Source: Desulfovirgula sp.
GTDB taxonomy: Bacteria > Bacillota > Desulfotomaculia > Desulfotomaculales > Desulfovirgulaceae
Length of the DNA: 64,000 nucleotides
Assembly: GCA_020725525.1 (NCBI GenBank)
Contig: DYEX01000155.1
Location: 4,328-68,327, forward strand
Direction: 5' to 3'
In this document: positions 9,434 through 20,161 of the stretch, one piece after another
Layout: every line of letters starts with the position of its first letter
How positions within the stretch are numbered: the first letter of the stretch is position 1
Program-made: the position numbers and the translations under genes
The notes under the pieces: generated by a model
What the model saw: only the letters and a program-made list of their open reading frames with translations
Databases searched by the model: none
What the model was told of the DNA's origin: nothing

Positions 9434-10294
9434 TTACTGCCGGTCGCTGCCCCACCGGTCCAGGCGATCCAGCAGCGGGTGGCGGGCAATAAGGCTGGTG
9501 AGGGAATATTTCTCGGCCAGGATATGCAGGGACAAGAGCAGCCCCAGGTAAGCCAGCTTAATCCCTTCCGGGAGAACCCATACTGCTGTGAGTCCCAGGG
9601 CAGCTCCCAGGGCGTTTGCTCCGGTGTCGCCCATCATGGCCCTGGCCTTCAAATCCACGGCCAGGTAGGCAACTACACTACCCGTTAACACGGCCAGGAA
9701 GATTAAGGGCCACTGCCCCCAACCAGCAATTAGCAAAAGCAAAGCGCCCAGAAGAAAGCCCTTCCCGGCCCGACCGGGACGCAGGTCTAAAAGGTTGATG
9801 GCGTTTACCGAAAGGGCCAGGGTCAGGGCATTGACCGGCACCCAGGCCAGTGGGCCGGCAACTGCCGCCAGAAAAAGACTCAAAACCCCCCCGGCCAGGG
9901 CCTTCAGAGCACCGGTGGTGAGCTTCCCCTGTAAGAGGTTGCTCAAGTGCCCCTTTAAACCGCTGGTTGAACGGGAACCCCAGACGTCATCCACCAGTCC
10001 CAGGCAGGTAAAGGCCGCCAGAGCGAGGGAAAAAGCCAGGGCAAAAAACTGCAGCTGGCGCGGTAAAAAAGGGTAAAGAAGGACTATACACCCCACCGCG
10101 GCCAGGGAAAACACCAGCCCTACCCCCAGGGGAATAACCTCGCCGCGAAAATTAGGACGCACAAAGCCGGCTTCTACAATCATCCCCATCAATCCGGGCA
10201 GGAAAAGGCGGGTGAGCAAAGCCCCTAACAGACCGGTTAAGACCAGGGCTACCGGAAAGGAAAAGGCGGTAATTAAAATGGGCACTATAAACAC
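9434..10294 (-). CDS. MraY/WecA-like glycosyltransferase family 4 membrane protein
   Basis: GLVDD, NAINLLDLRPG, MMGDTGANALG motifs; many TM segments. Confidence 0.82.
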   Translation of the reverse strand: MFIVPILITAFSFPVALVLTGLLGALLTRLFLPGLMGMIVEAGFVRPNFRGEVIPLGVGLVFSLAAVGCIVLLYPFLPRQLQFFALAFSLALAAFTCLGLVDDVWGSRSTSGLKGHLSNLLQGKLTTGALKALAGGVLSLFLAAVAGPLAWVPVNALTLALSVNAINLLDLRPGRAGKGFLLGALLLLIAGWGQWPLIFLAVLTGSVVAYLAVDLKARAMMGDTGANALGAALGLTAVWVLPEGIKLAYLGLLLSLHILAEKYSLTSLIARHPLLDRLDRWGSDRQ

Positions 10295-10351
10295 CTCCCT
10301 GGCGGGTGGAGTGGGGAAAACTATCCGGGCAGCGGTCTCCCTGCTTCCAAA

Positions 10352-11032
10352 TTATAGCGGACTTCTGGCCTGCCATAGAACCCGTACCACGTGCCAGAAC
10401 TGCTTTCCCCGGTGCAAAAAACCTTTCAAATCCCGGCCGGTTTCCCTGTGGGTCATGAGCACAGGCACTTCCTGCACCCGGAAGCCCAGGCGAGCAGCTT
10501 TAATGGTCATGCCTACCTCGACGCCAAAGCCGGAGGCAAAAGGCACCAGGCGCTGCAGCACTTCCCGGGTCATGGCCCGCTGTCCCGACAAGGGAGATTC
10601 CATCACCAGACCGGTGTACCACCGGATTCCGGCCCTGGCCAGCCCCTTTACCAGGCCAAATCCCCCTTTGCGCCCGGCCCGGGGGAAGCGGGCCACCGTC
10701 ATATCAGCTTCTCCGGCCAGGATGGGAAAAAGCAGGTTTCTGGCCTCAACGGCACTGGCCCCTAAATCGGCATCAATAAGTAGCACAACGTCATGCATGC
10801 AACAGGTTGCTCCCCGGTTCAGGGCCTCCCCCTTGCCCAGGTTGCGGGAAAGACGAATTACCCGGGCGCCACTGGCCCGGGCTACATCAGCCGTAGCATC
10901 GGTGGAACCATCATCAACTACCAGTACCTCTACAACCTCGGGGATAGATAAAACAGCCTGCACGGTATCCTTTATGCGGGTTGCCTCGTTATACGCGGGT
11001 ACGAGTACCGACACTGCCTGTTTTTTTCCCAT
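10352..11032 (-). CDS. Glycosyltransferase family 2
   Basis: VPAYNEA, VVDDGSTD, NLGKGEAL, IDAD, SGQRA, FGVEVGM. Confidence 0.9.
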   Translation of the reverse strand: MGKKQAVSVLVPAYNEATRIKDTVQAVLSIPEVVEVLVVDDGSTDATADVARASGARVIRLSRNLGKGEALNRGATCCMHDVVLLIDADLGASAVEARNLLFPILAGEADMTVARFPRAGRKGGFGLVKGLARAGIRWYTGLVMESPLSGQRAMTREVLQRLVPFASGFGVEVGMTIKAARLGFRVQEVPVLMTHRETGRDLKGFLHRGKQFWHVVRVLWQARSPL

Positions 11033-11915
11033 CTACGGGTTTTCCCCCTTCATCCAGTTCGGGAAGCAACTTCTGCGCCGTAGTCTTTACCCCGTAATGC
11101 CCCGGTTTTCCGGTGAGAGCGACTACTAAAGCCACCTGACCGGGAATGGTGTCAATATTGTCAACGGTAGTGATGCGTTTCTTCTGGTAATCCGGCATGT
11201 AGGAATAAAGCACATTGGTTTCCTCCACGCCGTATACGGGAATTTTAAACTGTAACAGAGTATCGATCAGGGGCAAATCCAGGGTTTGGACCCGCACCAT
11301 ATCCCGGTCCTGACTGCCACCGATGATAATCACTCCGTCCAGGGGCACCCCGTAATCGCCGGTTATTTTAATCAGATTCTCATCCACCAGGATATCCAAA
11401 ACTTTGCTATTGTCACCAACCAGTCCCCGCGCAATTTCCCCGGCCAGGCGGGTGGTTAATTGTTCGTTACTCAGGTTACTCCATCCCAGCCGTCTTTCCA
11501 GTGTTTCCTTCTGCCCGTTAATATAAAAACCATTGAGTATGGTGGTAATGGATGTTACTTCTGCCCCGGCCAGGCGCAAGGTGGAAATTAAATCGTCGGG
11601 AAAGCCGTAACTGTTTGTTTCAATAATAGCCAGCCTGTACCCGGACAACCGATCCCGTACCAAAAGCGGCAGCACCTGCTTTTCAAACTGTTTTTGCTTC
11701 TGGTTATCCATCTCCAGAGCGTTGGCCCGGGCCTCTATCGCTTCATTTTTCTGCCGGAGTTGCTCCATCTGAACCATGAGCTTATCGGCAAGCTGCTTTT
11801 GCTGTTTCGTCAGGGCATCGTTACCGAGCATGGTACTGCCCACCAGTATGCCAAGCCCCAGGGCAAGAAAAACCGCCACCAGGGAAGCAATGTGATACCG
11901 TAAGTTAATAATCAT
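10989..11915 (-). CDS. steB: SteB/MctB-like (DUF3186, annotated copper transporter) membrane-anchored protein
   Basis: MIINLRYHIASLVAVFLALGLGILVG N-terminus, coiled coil, C-terminal TVDNIDTIPGQVALV...GHYGVK. Confidence 0.78.
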   Translation of the reverse strand: MIINLRYHIASLVAVFLALGLGILVGSTMLGNDALTKQQKQLADKLMVQMEQLRQKNEAIEARANALEMDNQKQKQFEKQVLPLLVRDRLSGYRLAIIETNSYGFPDDLISTLRLAGAEVTSITTILNGFYINGQKETLERRLGWSNLSNEQLTTRLAGEIARGLVGDNSKVLDILVDENLIKITGDYGVPLDGVIIIGGSQDRDMVRVQTLDLPLIDTLLQFKIPVYGVEETNVLYSYMPDYQKKRITTVDNIDTIPGQVALVVALTGKPGHYGVKTTAQKLLPELDEGGKPVDGKKTGSVGTRTRV

Positions 11916-11929
11916 AACTGACCACCAGC

Positions 11930-13051
11930 CTAGATCCCCAGCAGCAACCGGAAATGTATGTATAGCAGGCGTAACAATTCCCTGGTGGCAGGGGAGACAA
12001 CCACAACCACGCCCGCAGGTAAGAGGGCAGCAAGCACAATCTGGGCAAGGTATCTGGCTTTAATGCGATTACGGTAAAGCTTGCTGACCCCCTTGGCATC
12101 AACTAAAATGGAGCCAACCTTCAAGCGCACCAGAAAGGTGCTCCCCATGCCCTGCCGCCCCTTCTCTAAAAAATCCTCCACACAAAAATGGGTGCCCACG
12201 GCCACAATTAACTCTGCTCCTCCATCATAAGCTAAAAGCATGGCTATATCTTCACTGGTGCCGGGGGCAGCAAAAACTGCCGCCTTTAACCCCAGTTGTT
12301 GAATCCGCTGCAGCCCGGGAGCCCTCCCATCGGAGTAGGCATGGACGACCACTTCCGCCCCCGACCGTAAAGTTTCATCCGAAACGCTGTCCATATCCCC
12401 GACGATGACATCCGGCTTGTAACCAAATTCTATGAGGGCATCGGCACCGCCGTCCACACCTACCAGTACGGGACGCATCTCGTCGATATAGGATTTAATG
12501 GCGCTTAAGTCCTCTTTGTAGTTCTGCCCCCGCACCACAATGAGAACGTGTCTACCTTTAAAAGAGGTGCGTAAGAGCGGCCGCCGGTATTCACCCTTAA
12601 CCAGGCTCATTTCATGCCGGGCGTGTTCCAGGGTATTTTCCACAAAACGGGAAATAACGGCTCCCATGTTTTGTTGGGCCAGGGCCATCTTTTGTCTTAT
12701 TTCTTCGGCAGTGAGTATATGACCGGCGGCAACCTGGCGCCCCTGACAAAAAATTAAACCGTCCCGAATTTCCACTTCCTGTCCTTCCGTCACCAGATCC
12801 ATAATTACTTCCCCGGCATTGTCCACCAGGATCACCCCGGCCTGAACCAGGGTAAGCGGACCGGGATTGGGATACCGGTCGCTTAAGGAGGAAGCGGCAT
12901 TAATCACCGCCTTTACTCTGGCCTCCACCAGTGACCGGGCGGCCACATCGTCCAGTTCGGGGTGGTTAATAATGGCAATTTCATGTGGCGCCAGACGCTT
13001 TACCAGGTGCTTGGTTCGCCTGTCCACCCGGGCAATACCCTTAACGTGCAT
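11930..13051 (-). CDS. steA: SteA-like cytokinetic ring protein with thiamine-pyrophosphokinase-like domain
   Basis: DRRTKHLVKRL, SDRYPNPGP, VGVDGGADAL, GDMDSVSD, GTSEDIAMLLA, FLEKGRQGMGSTFLVRLKVG, DAKGVS. Confidence 0.85.
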   Translation of the reverse strand: MHVKGIARVDRRTKHLVKRLAPHEIAIINHPELDDVAARSLVEARVKAVINAASSLSDRYPNPGPLTLVQAGVILVDNAGEVIMDLVTEGQEVEIRDGLIFCQGRQVAAGHILTAEEIRQKMALAQQNMGAVISRFVENTLEHARHEMSLVKGEYRRPLLRTSFKGRHVLIVVRGQNYKEDLSAIKSYIDEMRPVLVGVDGGADALIEFGYKPDVIVGDMDSVSDETLRSGAEVVVHAYSDGRAPGLQRIQQLGLKAAVFAAPGTSEDIAMLLAYDGGAELIVAVGTHFCVEDFLEKGRQGMGSTFLVRLKVGSILVDAKGVSKLYRNRIKARYLAQIVLAALLPAGVVVVVSPATRELLRLLYIHFRLLLGI

Positions 13052-13082
13052 GCCACTCTCACCGCCTTAACACTTATCTAAC

Positions 13083-13111
13083 ATTTTACAGTTTTTGTAC
13101 CGGCCAGTCAA
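13083..13111 (-). promoter_or_regulatory. sigmaA-like promoter for steA operon
   Basis: TTGACT-N17-TAAAAT, with TG directly upstream of the -10. Confidence 0.6.
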
Positions 13112-13134
13112 GAAATGGCCCTGTTTCGTAAGAA

Positions 13135-13155
13135 AACCTGACCGCCGGTCAGGTT
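13135..13155 (-). terminator. Intrinsic terminator after spo0A
   Basis: Stem AACCTGACC/GGTCAGGTT, followed by T-rich tail on minus strand. Confidence 0.65.
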
Positions 13156-13169
13156 ATGAGAAGTTTGTT

Positions 13170-13934
13170 TTAACTCACCTTGGCCTCCAATCTCAGCTTA
13201 TCCGCCACCATGGCTATAAATTCGGAATTGGTTGGTTTGCCCCTCTGCAGGTTTATAGTATAACCAAAAAATTTCGTCATCATTTCCACATTACCTCTAT
13301 CCCACGCCAGTTCAATGGCATGTCTGATGGCCCTTTCTACCCGGCTGGGCGTGGTTTGATATTTTTGCGCAATCATAGGGTAAAGTTCCTTGGTCACTGC
13401 CCCCAAAAGATTGACTTCGTTAATTACCGCCAGAATGGCATCCCGCAAATAGTGATAGCCTTTAATATGGGCCGGCACTCCCATTTCGTGAATGATATTG
13501 GTTACCGCCACGTCCAGGTTTTTTGTTTTAGCCGGTGAAATGTACTGGGAGACATTCACCCCATCGGCCAGCTGGCGAATGCGCGTGGCCAGCACACCGA
13601 AATCAAATGGCTTTAATATGTAGTAATCAGCCCCCAGTTCCACCGCCCGCTGGGTCACACTTTCCTGTCCAAAAGCGGTTAGCATAATGACTTTGGGACG
13701 GGAAGCTGAATTACCCAATTTCTCTAATACGCCAATACCATCTAAATGAGGCATGATGATATCCAGAACCACCACATCGGGTTTTTGCTGTTGAATCTGC
13801 TCCAGGGCCTCTAAACCATTATATGCAATACCTGCTAATTGAAAATCCTCTTGCTGGTTGATAAATTCCTTCAGTAATTCGCAAAACTCCCGGTTATCAT
13901 CCGCAATTAACACCTTGACGGTCTTTTTCACCAT
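13170..13934 (-). CDS. spo0A: Sporulation master regulator Spo0A
   Basis: Receiver domain ([15 protein letters not shown]) plus GVPAHIKGY...VTKELYP...[15 protein letters not shown]...[17 protein letters not shown]. Confidence 0.98.
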   Translation of the reverse strand: MVKKTVKVLIADDNREFCELLKEFINQQEDFQLAGIAYNGLEALEQIQQQKPDVVVLDIIMPHLDGIGVLEKLGNSASRPKVIMLTAFGQESVTQRAVELGADYYILKPFDFGVLATRIRQLADGVNVSQYISPAKTKNLDVAVTNIIHEMGVPAHIKGYHYLRDAILAVINEVNLLGAVTKELYPMIAQKYQTTPSRVERAIRHAIELAWDRGNVEMMTKFFGYTINLQRGKPTNSEFIAMVADKLRLEAKVS

Positions 13935-14000
13935 TAAATCCCGCCTCCTGAGAATTTTTATTATATTTTCTCTCTAATGGTATTTATAGCCAATTTTTCA

Positions 14001-14025
14001 ATTCGACGCATAAAAAAAAACTCCT
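14001..14025 (-). promoter_or_regulatory. sigmaH promoter of spo0A (Ps-like) with overlapping near-0A box
   Basis: gcAGGAg-N-gtcGAAT, 17 nt spacer; CGTCGAA overlaps -10. Confidence 0.7.
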
Positions 14026-14127
14026 GCCGCAGGGAGTAAATAATTTTATTTACTATTTTTGTTAATATATGACACTAAATGAGCTACTTATGCATAAAAT
14101 CCAGGTCTTAGTCGAAAATGCTTATAT

Positions 14128-15420
14128 TTACGCAATTTTTTTCTCTTTGGGAGTGGGCATTAAATTTGCTTCCCAGAGCATCCATTCTGCCAGCACGCCA
14201 TAACCCCGGGTAGGATCGTTAACAAACACATGGGTCACGGCACCGACAAATTTTCCCTCCTGTATAATCGGGCTGCCGCTCATTCCCTGAATGATACCCC
14301 CGGTTTGTCGTAAAAGCTCGGGATCGTTAATTTTAATCACCATGCCCTTTCCTTCCCATTTGTTCTGGGGCATCACCTGTAATATTTCCACGGAAAAACA
14401 TCCAATGCGGTTTCCTTTCAAAACGGTGAGCATCTCGGCCGGACCTTTTTTCACCTGGTAGACCAGGGCCACGGGCACGGGCTGGCGATAAAAAGGATTG
14501 GTCAGGGGTTGATGCAGGTGACCAAAAATACCGTATAATGTATTTTTCTCAATATTTCCGGACAGACCGCTGCCGTTGAAAAGACCGATTTTCTCCCCCG
14601 GTTGACCCCGGCGGCCCGGACGGATCCCCTGCACCATTGCTTCTACAATTTGACCGTCACCAAGTTCGATTTTACGATTGGTTTCAATATCCGTGATCAC
14701 ATGTCCAAGAGCCCCATATTTCTTACTTCCCGGTTCATAAAAGGTGAGGGTACCCACACCGGCGGCGCTATCCCGCACGTAAAGCCCAATACGGTAACGC
14801 CTTGTTTCCGCACAAAAGATTGGTTTGACCTGAGTAGTAAAGATGCGTTGCCCCCTTTTGATTTCCAGGGTCACCGGCCGGTCCGTTTCCCCGCACCGGC
14901 TTATTTCGTTGCGTACCTGCTGCTCACTCTGTACCCGGCACCCGTTTACCTTTAAAATAATGTCGCCGTTTAAAATGCCTGCCTGAAGGGCGGGGTTGTG
15001 CCGTTGTCCCCGGCGGTCCGTCACCACCGCGTGGCCAACCACCATTACTCCCTGGGCATGAAGGAGGACGCCTATGGAGTGCCCCCCCGGGACGACCCTC
15101 ACGACAGGCACCACGTTAACCACCATACGGTTTAGCGGAATAAGACCCAGGAGCTTTATTTGCATATCTACCCGGCCGGGGACGGTGGCTACCGGAACGG
15201 CACCCCGACCGGTGGCCCATCCGGCCTGCGGGTAAGCGGAGAGAACATCTACTTTAAAAAGCCGGCCGGGTAACCTGCGGGGTAAAAGAGGATCTCCTAA
15301 GGCTACGTTTTGTTCCATTGACATAAAAAGGGTTTTTAAGGTTATGTCTGTTAACAGGAAACCCAGGGTCAGGGTGAATATTGCTGCAATGGAAAGAAAT
15401 CTTTTTTTGCTCAGACTCAA
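14128..15420 (-). CDS. spoIVB: SpoIVB peptidase (S55, PDZ)
   Basis: PGGHSIGV, PDZ, VRDSAAGVGTLTF, ALGHVITD, GGIIQGMSGSPIIQ, VTHVFVNDPTRGYG; start uncertain. Confidence 0.96.
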   Translation of the reverse strand: MSLSKKRFLSIAAIFTLTLGFLLTDITLKTLFMSMEQNVALGDPLLPRRLPGRLFKVDVLSAYPQAGWATGRGAVPVATVPGRVDMQIKLLGLIPLNRMVVNVVPVVRVVPGGHSIGVLLHAQGVMVVGHAVVTDRRGQRHNPALQAGILNGDIILKVNGCRVQSEQQVRNEISRCGETDRPVTLEIKRGQRIFTTQVKPIFCAETRRYRIGLYVRDSAAGVGTLTFYEPGSKKYGALGHVITDIETNRKIELGDGQIVEAMVQGIRPGRRGQPGEKIGLFNGSGLSGNIEKNTLYGIFGHLHQPLTNPFYRQPVPVALVYQVKKGPAEMLTVLKGNRIGCFSVEILQVMPQNKWEGKGMVIKINDPELLRQTGGIIQGMSGSPIIQEGKFVGAVTHVFVNDPTRGYGVLAEWMLWEANLMPTPKEKKIA

Positions 15421-15510
15421 TCGCCTCCCCCGTTGATTCTTTATCCCACCTCCATCTGAAAGCCGGCAACCAGGTAAGTCAACAAAAATTAAAATGAGAG
15501 TGTGCATTTT

Positions 15511-15540
15511 TAAGATAGCCCGAGGTAATATTAATTATTC
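15511..15540 (-). promoter_or_regulatory. sigmaF/sigmaG-like promoter for spoIVB
   Basis: GAATA-N15-GGCTATCTTA. Confidence 0.55.
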
Positions 15541-15585
15541 TGACTAAATGTGCCGTTATTGGCTTGTTTGCGTTTAAAAAATAAA

Positions 15586-15605
15586 AAAGCCCATTATTGG
15601 GCTTT
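15586..15605. terminator. Bidirectional-type terminator after recN
   Basis: AAAGCCCA-ttat-TGGGCTTT in an A/T-rich context. Confidence 0.6.
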
Positions 15606-15711
15606 AAAAATTAAATAGACATGCGATTTTTTCACATTTTAAACCAAAATCCAAGATTTTTTGGATTTTATTTTTTCAAGACTGTAAATGTTTAGTCCGA
15701 CGCTTTTATAT

Positions 15712-17409
15712 TTACTCAAGACTATTCCTGGCCTGTTCCAGCAGGTGACGGGCATGATCCCTGGCCAGACCGTCCACTTCCCGTCCGCCCAGCATGCGGG
15801 CCAGCTCGAGAAGACGGCCTTCCTCATCCAGCCTTCTCACCCGGGTGGTGGTTTGACCGGCCTGGACCTCTTTGGAAATGCTGAAGTGGGTCCGGGCATA
15901 GCTGGCTATCTGAGCGGCATGAGTAACGCAAATCACCTGACGGTGGCCGGCAATATCGGCCAGCTTTTCGGCCACGGCTACCAGGGTCCTGCCCCCGATG
16001 CCCGCCTCGACTTCGTCAAAGACCAGGGTGGGCAGCTCGTCTACTGCGGCCAGAATAGAACGCATGGCCAGCATCACCCGGGAGAGTTCGCCCCCGGAAG
16101 CAATTTTGGCCAGCGGACGTAAGGGTTCCCCCGGGTTGGGGGAAATAAGAAACTCCACGCGCTCCCGGCCTCCAGGAGCAGGCTGGGGTAAATCCTCAAA
16201 AAGAACCTGGAATTCCACCCTTCCCATTTCCAGATCCAGCAGTTCCCGGGCCACTGCCTCTTCCAGCTGCCGGGCATGCTGGCGACGGGCCCGGGATAAG
16301 GCCATTGCCTTTTCCTGCCACCGCTCTTCCCAGCGATTTATCTCATCCTCCAGAGCCGCCGCATTTTCCTCACTGGAAGCCAGTAACTCCAGCTCGGCTG
16401 CCGCCTCTTCACGGTAACGCAGGATTTCCTCCACACTATCACCGTACTTGCGCTTTAATTCCCGGATACGGGAAAGCCTTTCTTCCACCTGCTGCAGCCG
16501 CCCGGGGTTAAATTCTACCCCGTCCCGGTAACGGGCCAGTTCCCGTGCCACATCTTCCACATGGAATAAAACGCCGTCCAGGGTCGTGGCCAGGGACGAA
16601 AGCTCGGGATCAATGCGCGACAGTTCCTGCAGATCCCGACAGGCCTGGCCCAGAAGATCCATCACCGCAGGCAAACCTTCCTCTCCCCCGTACAGGACCT
16701 GATAACACCGGCCGGCCAGGGCGGCAATTTTTTCGGCGTTGGCCAGCCGGTTGCGCTCCTGGGTCAATGCTTCATCTTCTCCGGGGGAGAGGCGGGCACG
16801 ATCAATCTCCTCCACCTGGTAGGTAAGCATGTCCCGCCGGTGCAGCCTGTCCCTGGTTCCCCGGCGCAGTTCTTCCAGCTGGGACGTAAGATCCCGCCAC
16901 TTCTGGTAGATCTCTGCCACTTCTTGCCGCAGGGACCATAAACCGCCAAAACGATCCAGGAGATCCCTGTGTCGATCGGGGTTAAAAAGGGACTGGTTTT
17001 CATGCTGGCCGTGAATATCCACCAGGTACTGGGCCGCTTCCCGGTAAACGCTTAAAGCAACCACCTGGCCGTTTATACGGCAAATGTTGCGCCCGTTCCG
17101 GGCCAGTTCCCTGGCCATGATCAACACGCCGTCTTCTTCCAGCGGAATCCCCCAGCCCTGGAGCTTTTCCTTCAACATGTTTAAGGGCTGAATATCAAAA
17201 ACTGCCGTCACCCTGGCCCGTTCCTTACCGGTACGGATAAATTCCGCCCACGCCCGACCGCCCAGGGCCACCTGCAGGGCCTCCACAACTATGGATTTGC
17301 CGGCACCCGTTTCCCCGGTGAGCACATTTAATCCAGAAGTAAAGTCGATGGTCTGCCGGTCAATCAGACCAAAATCCTGTATATCCAGGGAAACCAGCAC
17401 TTCCATCAC
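15712..17409 (-). CDS. recN: DNA repair protein RecN
   Basis: TGETGAGKS Walker [35 protein letters not shown]. Confidence 0.97.
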   Translation of the reverse strand: MMEVLVSLDIQDFGLIDRQTIDFTSGLNVLTGETGAGKSIVVEALQVALGGRAWAEFIRTGKERARVTAVFDIQPLNMLKEKLQGWGIPLEEDGVLIMARELARNGRNICRINGQVVALSVYREAAQYLVDIHGQHENQSLFNPDRHRDLLDRFGGLWSLRQEVAEIYQKWRDLTSQLEELRRGTRDRLHRRDMLTYQVEEIDRARLSPGEDEALTQERNRLANAEKIAALAGRCYQVLYGGEEGLPAVMDLLGQACRDLQELSRIDPELSSLATTLDGVLFHVEDVARELARYRDGVEFNPGRLQQVEERLSRIRELKRKYGDSVEEILRYREEAAAELELLASSEENAAALEDEINRWEERWQEKAMALSRARRQHARQLEEAVARELLDLEMGRVEFQVLFEDLPQPAPGGRERVEFLISPNPGEPLRPLAKIASGGELSRVMLAMRSILAAVDELPTLVFDEVEAGIGGRTLVAVAEKLADIAGHRQVICVTHAAQIASYARTHFSISKEVQAGQTTTRVRRLDEEGRLLELARMLGGREVDGLARDHARHLLEQARNSLE

Positions 17410-17861
17410 CCCCTGGCCAGCTCATTCAAACGTTGCAAAACTGCAGGCACCAGTTTTTTGCGCTTAACAACAATTAAAATGGTGTCATCCCCCGCTACTG
17501 TACCAATGATTTCCGGCCACGCTACCTGGTCAATGGCTGATGCTACCCCCTGGGCCTCACCTGGCAGTGTCTTTACCACCACCAGGTTTTCGCTGTAATC
17601 GATAAGCTGCACAGAACTGCGCAAAAGCCTTTTCAACCGTTCATCCCGTCGTAAAGGAGGGGTTTCACCGGGAGGAGCGTAACGAAAGGTATTGTTATCT
17701 CCGGGCACCTTGACCAATCCCAGCTCCCGGATATCCCTGGATACGGTAGCCTGGGTCACGGGAAACCCGGCTGCCCGCAGGGCCTCCGCCAGTTCTTCCT
17801 GGGTTTCAATAACCTGCCGGCGGATAATCTCCAGGATCTGCCTTTGCCGCCGGGCTTTCAC
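17406..17861 (-). CDS. argR: Arginine repressor
   Basis: [25 protein letters not shown]. Confidence 0.96.
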   Translation of the reverse strand: MKARRQRQILEIIRRQVIETQEELAEALRAAGFPVTQATVSRDIRELGLVKVPGDNNTFRYAPPGETPPLRRDERLKRLLRSSVQLIDYSENLVVVKTLPGEAQGVASAIDQVAWPEIIGTVAGDDTILIVVKRKKLVPAVLQRLNELARG

Positions 17862-18436
17862 GTCCGGGCACCTGCCTTTTCCAAAAGGATTACCACCGGG
17901 GCTTTTGCAGAACGATTCCAGAAGGATAGCCTTACCACCGTATATTCCCGGGGAGAAAGGGCTTGCGTGAACTCTTCCACCGCCTTTTGTTCCTCTGTGG
18001 CACCCGGATGTCCCGTATAAACCACCAGGGAAACGCGACCTCCCGCCGCAAGCAGGGACAGGGCCGCTTTGAGGGCTTCGATGGTGGATTCCGGTTGGGT
18101 GATTATCCGGTGGTCACCACCGGGCAGATATCCCAGGTTAAACATAACTGCATTGACAGTGCCGGGTACATGAGCGGCCATTTCCCGGTGGTCCGTAGCC
18201 AGCAGGACAACCCTCTCTAAAAGACCGGCCCCGGCCAGCTGCTCTCTGGTTCTTTCCAGGGCTTCCGGCTGTATATCAAAAGCAAATACCCTCCCCTGCG
18301 GCCCCACACCCCGGGCTAAGAACAGGGTGTCCCGGCCGTTGCCGGCGGTGGCATCCACCGCCAGGCAACCGGGTACCAGTACCGGAGCGATAAAACTCTG
18401 CGCCCACTGCACCGCACTGGTACTTCTAGTAACCAT
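17858..18436 (-). CDS. mnmM: Class I SAM methyltransferase, YtqB/MnmM-like
   Basis: [36 protein letters not shown]. Confidence 0.72.
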   Translation of the reverse strand: MVTRSTSAVQWAQSFIAPVLVPGCLAVDATAGNGRDTLFLARGVGPQGRVFAFDIQPEALERTREQLAGAGLLERVVLLATDHREMAAHVPGTVNAVMFNLGYLPGGDHRIITQPESTIEALKAALSLLAAGGRVSLVVYTGHPGATEEQKAVEEFTQALSPREYTVVRLSFWNRSAKAPVVILLEKAGART

Positions 18437-19295
18437 TTTGGCGCTCACCTTCACTTAGCTTCTGGCGCAGGAGGTAGAAAAAGCTACGGTTTTTCAGACG
18501 GATCAACCGGGTGCGGTGGGTCGATTGCTGGATCAGCACTGTATCATTAAATTGTAATTTGCAACCTTGCTGGCCATCAACGGTTAACATAATTTCCCCC
18601 TGTTTTGAACGAATAATCACCCGCACCCGGCTGGCAGCGTTAATGACCAGTGGCCGTGCCCAGAGGGAATGGGGACAAATGGGGGTAACCACCATCAGGT
18701 CCAGCTCCGGGGTAACCAGGGGACCGCCGGCGGAAAGGGAATAGGCCGTGGAACCGGTAGGGGTGGCTACAATCAGGCCATCGGCGGGATAGGTACTGAC
18801 AAAATCATCATTCACATAAGTCTCCAGGAAAATGAGCCGGGCAAAGGCACCCTTGGTAATAACCGCGTCATTTAAACCAATTACTCGCTCCACTGTAGAC
18901 CCTTGCCGGATTACCCGGGCCTCAAGCATCATCCGTTCCTCAATGGTATACTGGCCGGATAACAGTTTCTCTAAACCGGGTAACAGTTCCGGAACATCGA
19001 TTTCCGTTAGGAAACCGAGATGACCAAGATTTATTCCCAGAAGGGGTATACCCCGGGGAGCCGAGTCCCGGGCACTGCGTAAAAGGGTACCGTCACCGCC
19101 CAGCACCAGCAGGATTTCAGCCTCTTCGACCAGCCGTTCCCGGGGGATCCCCAGGGCGGGTCGACCCAGGGCCGCAGCCGCATTAAGGGTCATTACCACC
19201 CGGCAACCTCTGGCAGTCAGCCAGTCAACAATTTGTTCCACCAGGTGGGCCACCCTTTGCTTATCCAGGTTCACCACCAGGCCGATGGTTTTCAT
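18426..19295 (-). CDS. nadK: NAD(+) kinase
   Basis: [44 protein letters not shown]. Confidence 0.96.
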   Translation of the reverse strand: MKTIGLVVNLDKQRVAHLVEQIVDWLTARGCRVVMTLNAAAALGRPALGIPRERLVEEAEILLVLGGDGTLLRSARDSAPRGIPLLGINLGHLGFLTEIDVPELLPGLEKLLSGQYTIEERMMLEARVIRQGSTVERVIGLNDAVITKGAFARLIFLETYVNDDFVSTYPADGLIVATPTGSTAYSLSAGGPLVTPELDLMVVTPICPHSLWARPLVINAASRVRVIIRSKQGEIMLTVDGQQGCKLQFNDTVLIQQSTHRTRLIRLKNRSFFYLLRQKLSEGERQNGY

Positions 19296-19333
19296 CCGGT
19301 CACCCCTTTTTGGTGAAAACCGCCGGCAGCAGG

Positions 19334-20161
19334 TTAGATCCCGTTACCGGCGTCGAGTTCAGCGTGCGCCCGGGCCACCACCGCCGGGATGGTGCTAAGC
19401 AGTTCCACCTGGTCGGGGGCGCCCCGATCAAAACAAACCAGAAATTCTATATTGCCCTGGGGTCCCTTAATGGGCGAAAAATCAAGACCACGCACACCCC
19501 ACCCCAGCCCCTTGATGACCCGGCACACGGCGGCAATAACTTCCCGGTGTACTGCCGGGTCGCGTACCACTCCCTTTTTACCCACCTTTTCCCGGCCGGC
19601 TTCAAACTGGGGCTTAACAAGTGCTACGCCCAGGGCATCGCCGGTGGTTAGCTCCTGTAACCGGGGTAGTACCTTTTCCAGGGAAATAAAGGAAACATCC
19701 ACCACCGCCATATCGGCCAGACAGGGCAGGTCTTGCGCCTGCAGGTAGCGAATGTTGGTACGCTCCAGAAGTACCACCCGCGGGTCGCAGCGCAATTTCC
19801 AGGCCATCTGACCGTATCCCACATCCACGGCAATAACCAGCCGCGCACCATGCTGCAGGGCACAGTCGGTAAACCCGCCGTGTGATGCGCCTACATCCAG
19901 AACCACCCGGCCCTGAAAGTCCAGATTAAAGCTTTTAATTGCTTTCTCCAGTTTTAATCCACCGCGGCTGACGTAGGGCATGTGGCCGGTAACTTCAATC
20001 CGGCACCGGGAGTCCACCAGCCGGCCGGGCTTATCGACCGGTTTTCCGTCGACCCGTACCTGGCCGGCCATCACTGCAGCCCTGGCCTTTTCCCGGCTGG
20101 CAAACAGGCCCCGTTCCACCAGCAATAAATCCAGGCGTTGCCTGGCCCCGGTCATGGCCAC
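19334..20161 (-). CDS. tlyA: TlyA family RNA methyltransferase (YqxC)
   Basis: S4 domain [39 protein letters not shown]. Confidence 0.95.
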   Translation of the reverse strand: MAMTGARQRLDLLLVERGLFASREKARAAVMAGQVRVDGKPVDKPGRLVDSRCRIEVTGHMPYVSRGGLKLEKAIKSFNLDFQGRVVLDVGASHGGFTDCALQHGARLVIAVDVGYGQMAWKLRCDPRVVLLERTNIRYLQAQDLPCLADMAVVDVSFISLEKVLPRLQELTTGDALGVALVKPQFEAGREKVGKKGVVRDPAVHREVIAAVCRVIKGLGWGVRGLDFSPIKGPQGNIEFLVCFDRGAPDQVELLSTIPAVVARAHAELDAGNGI

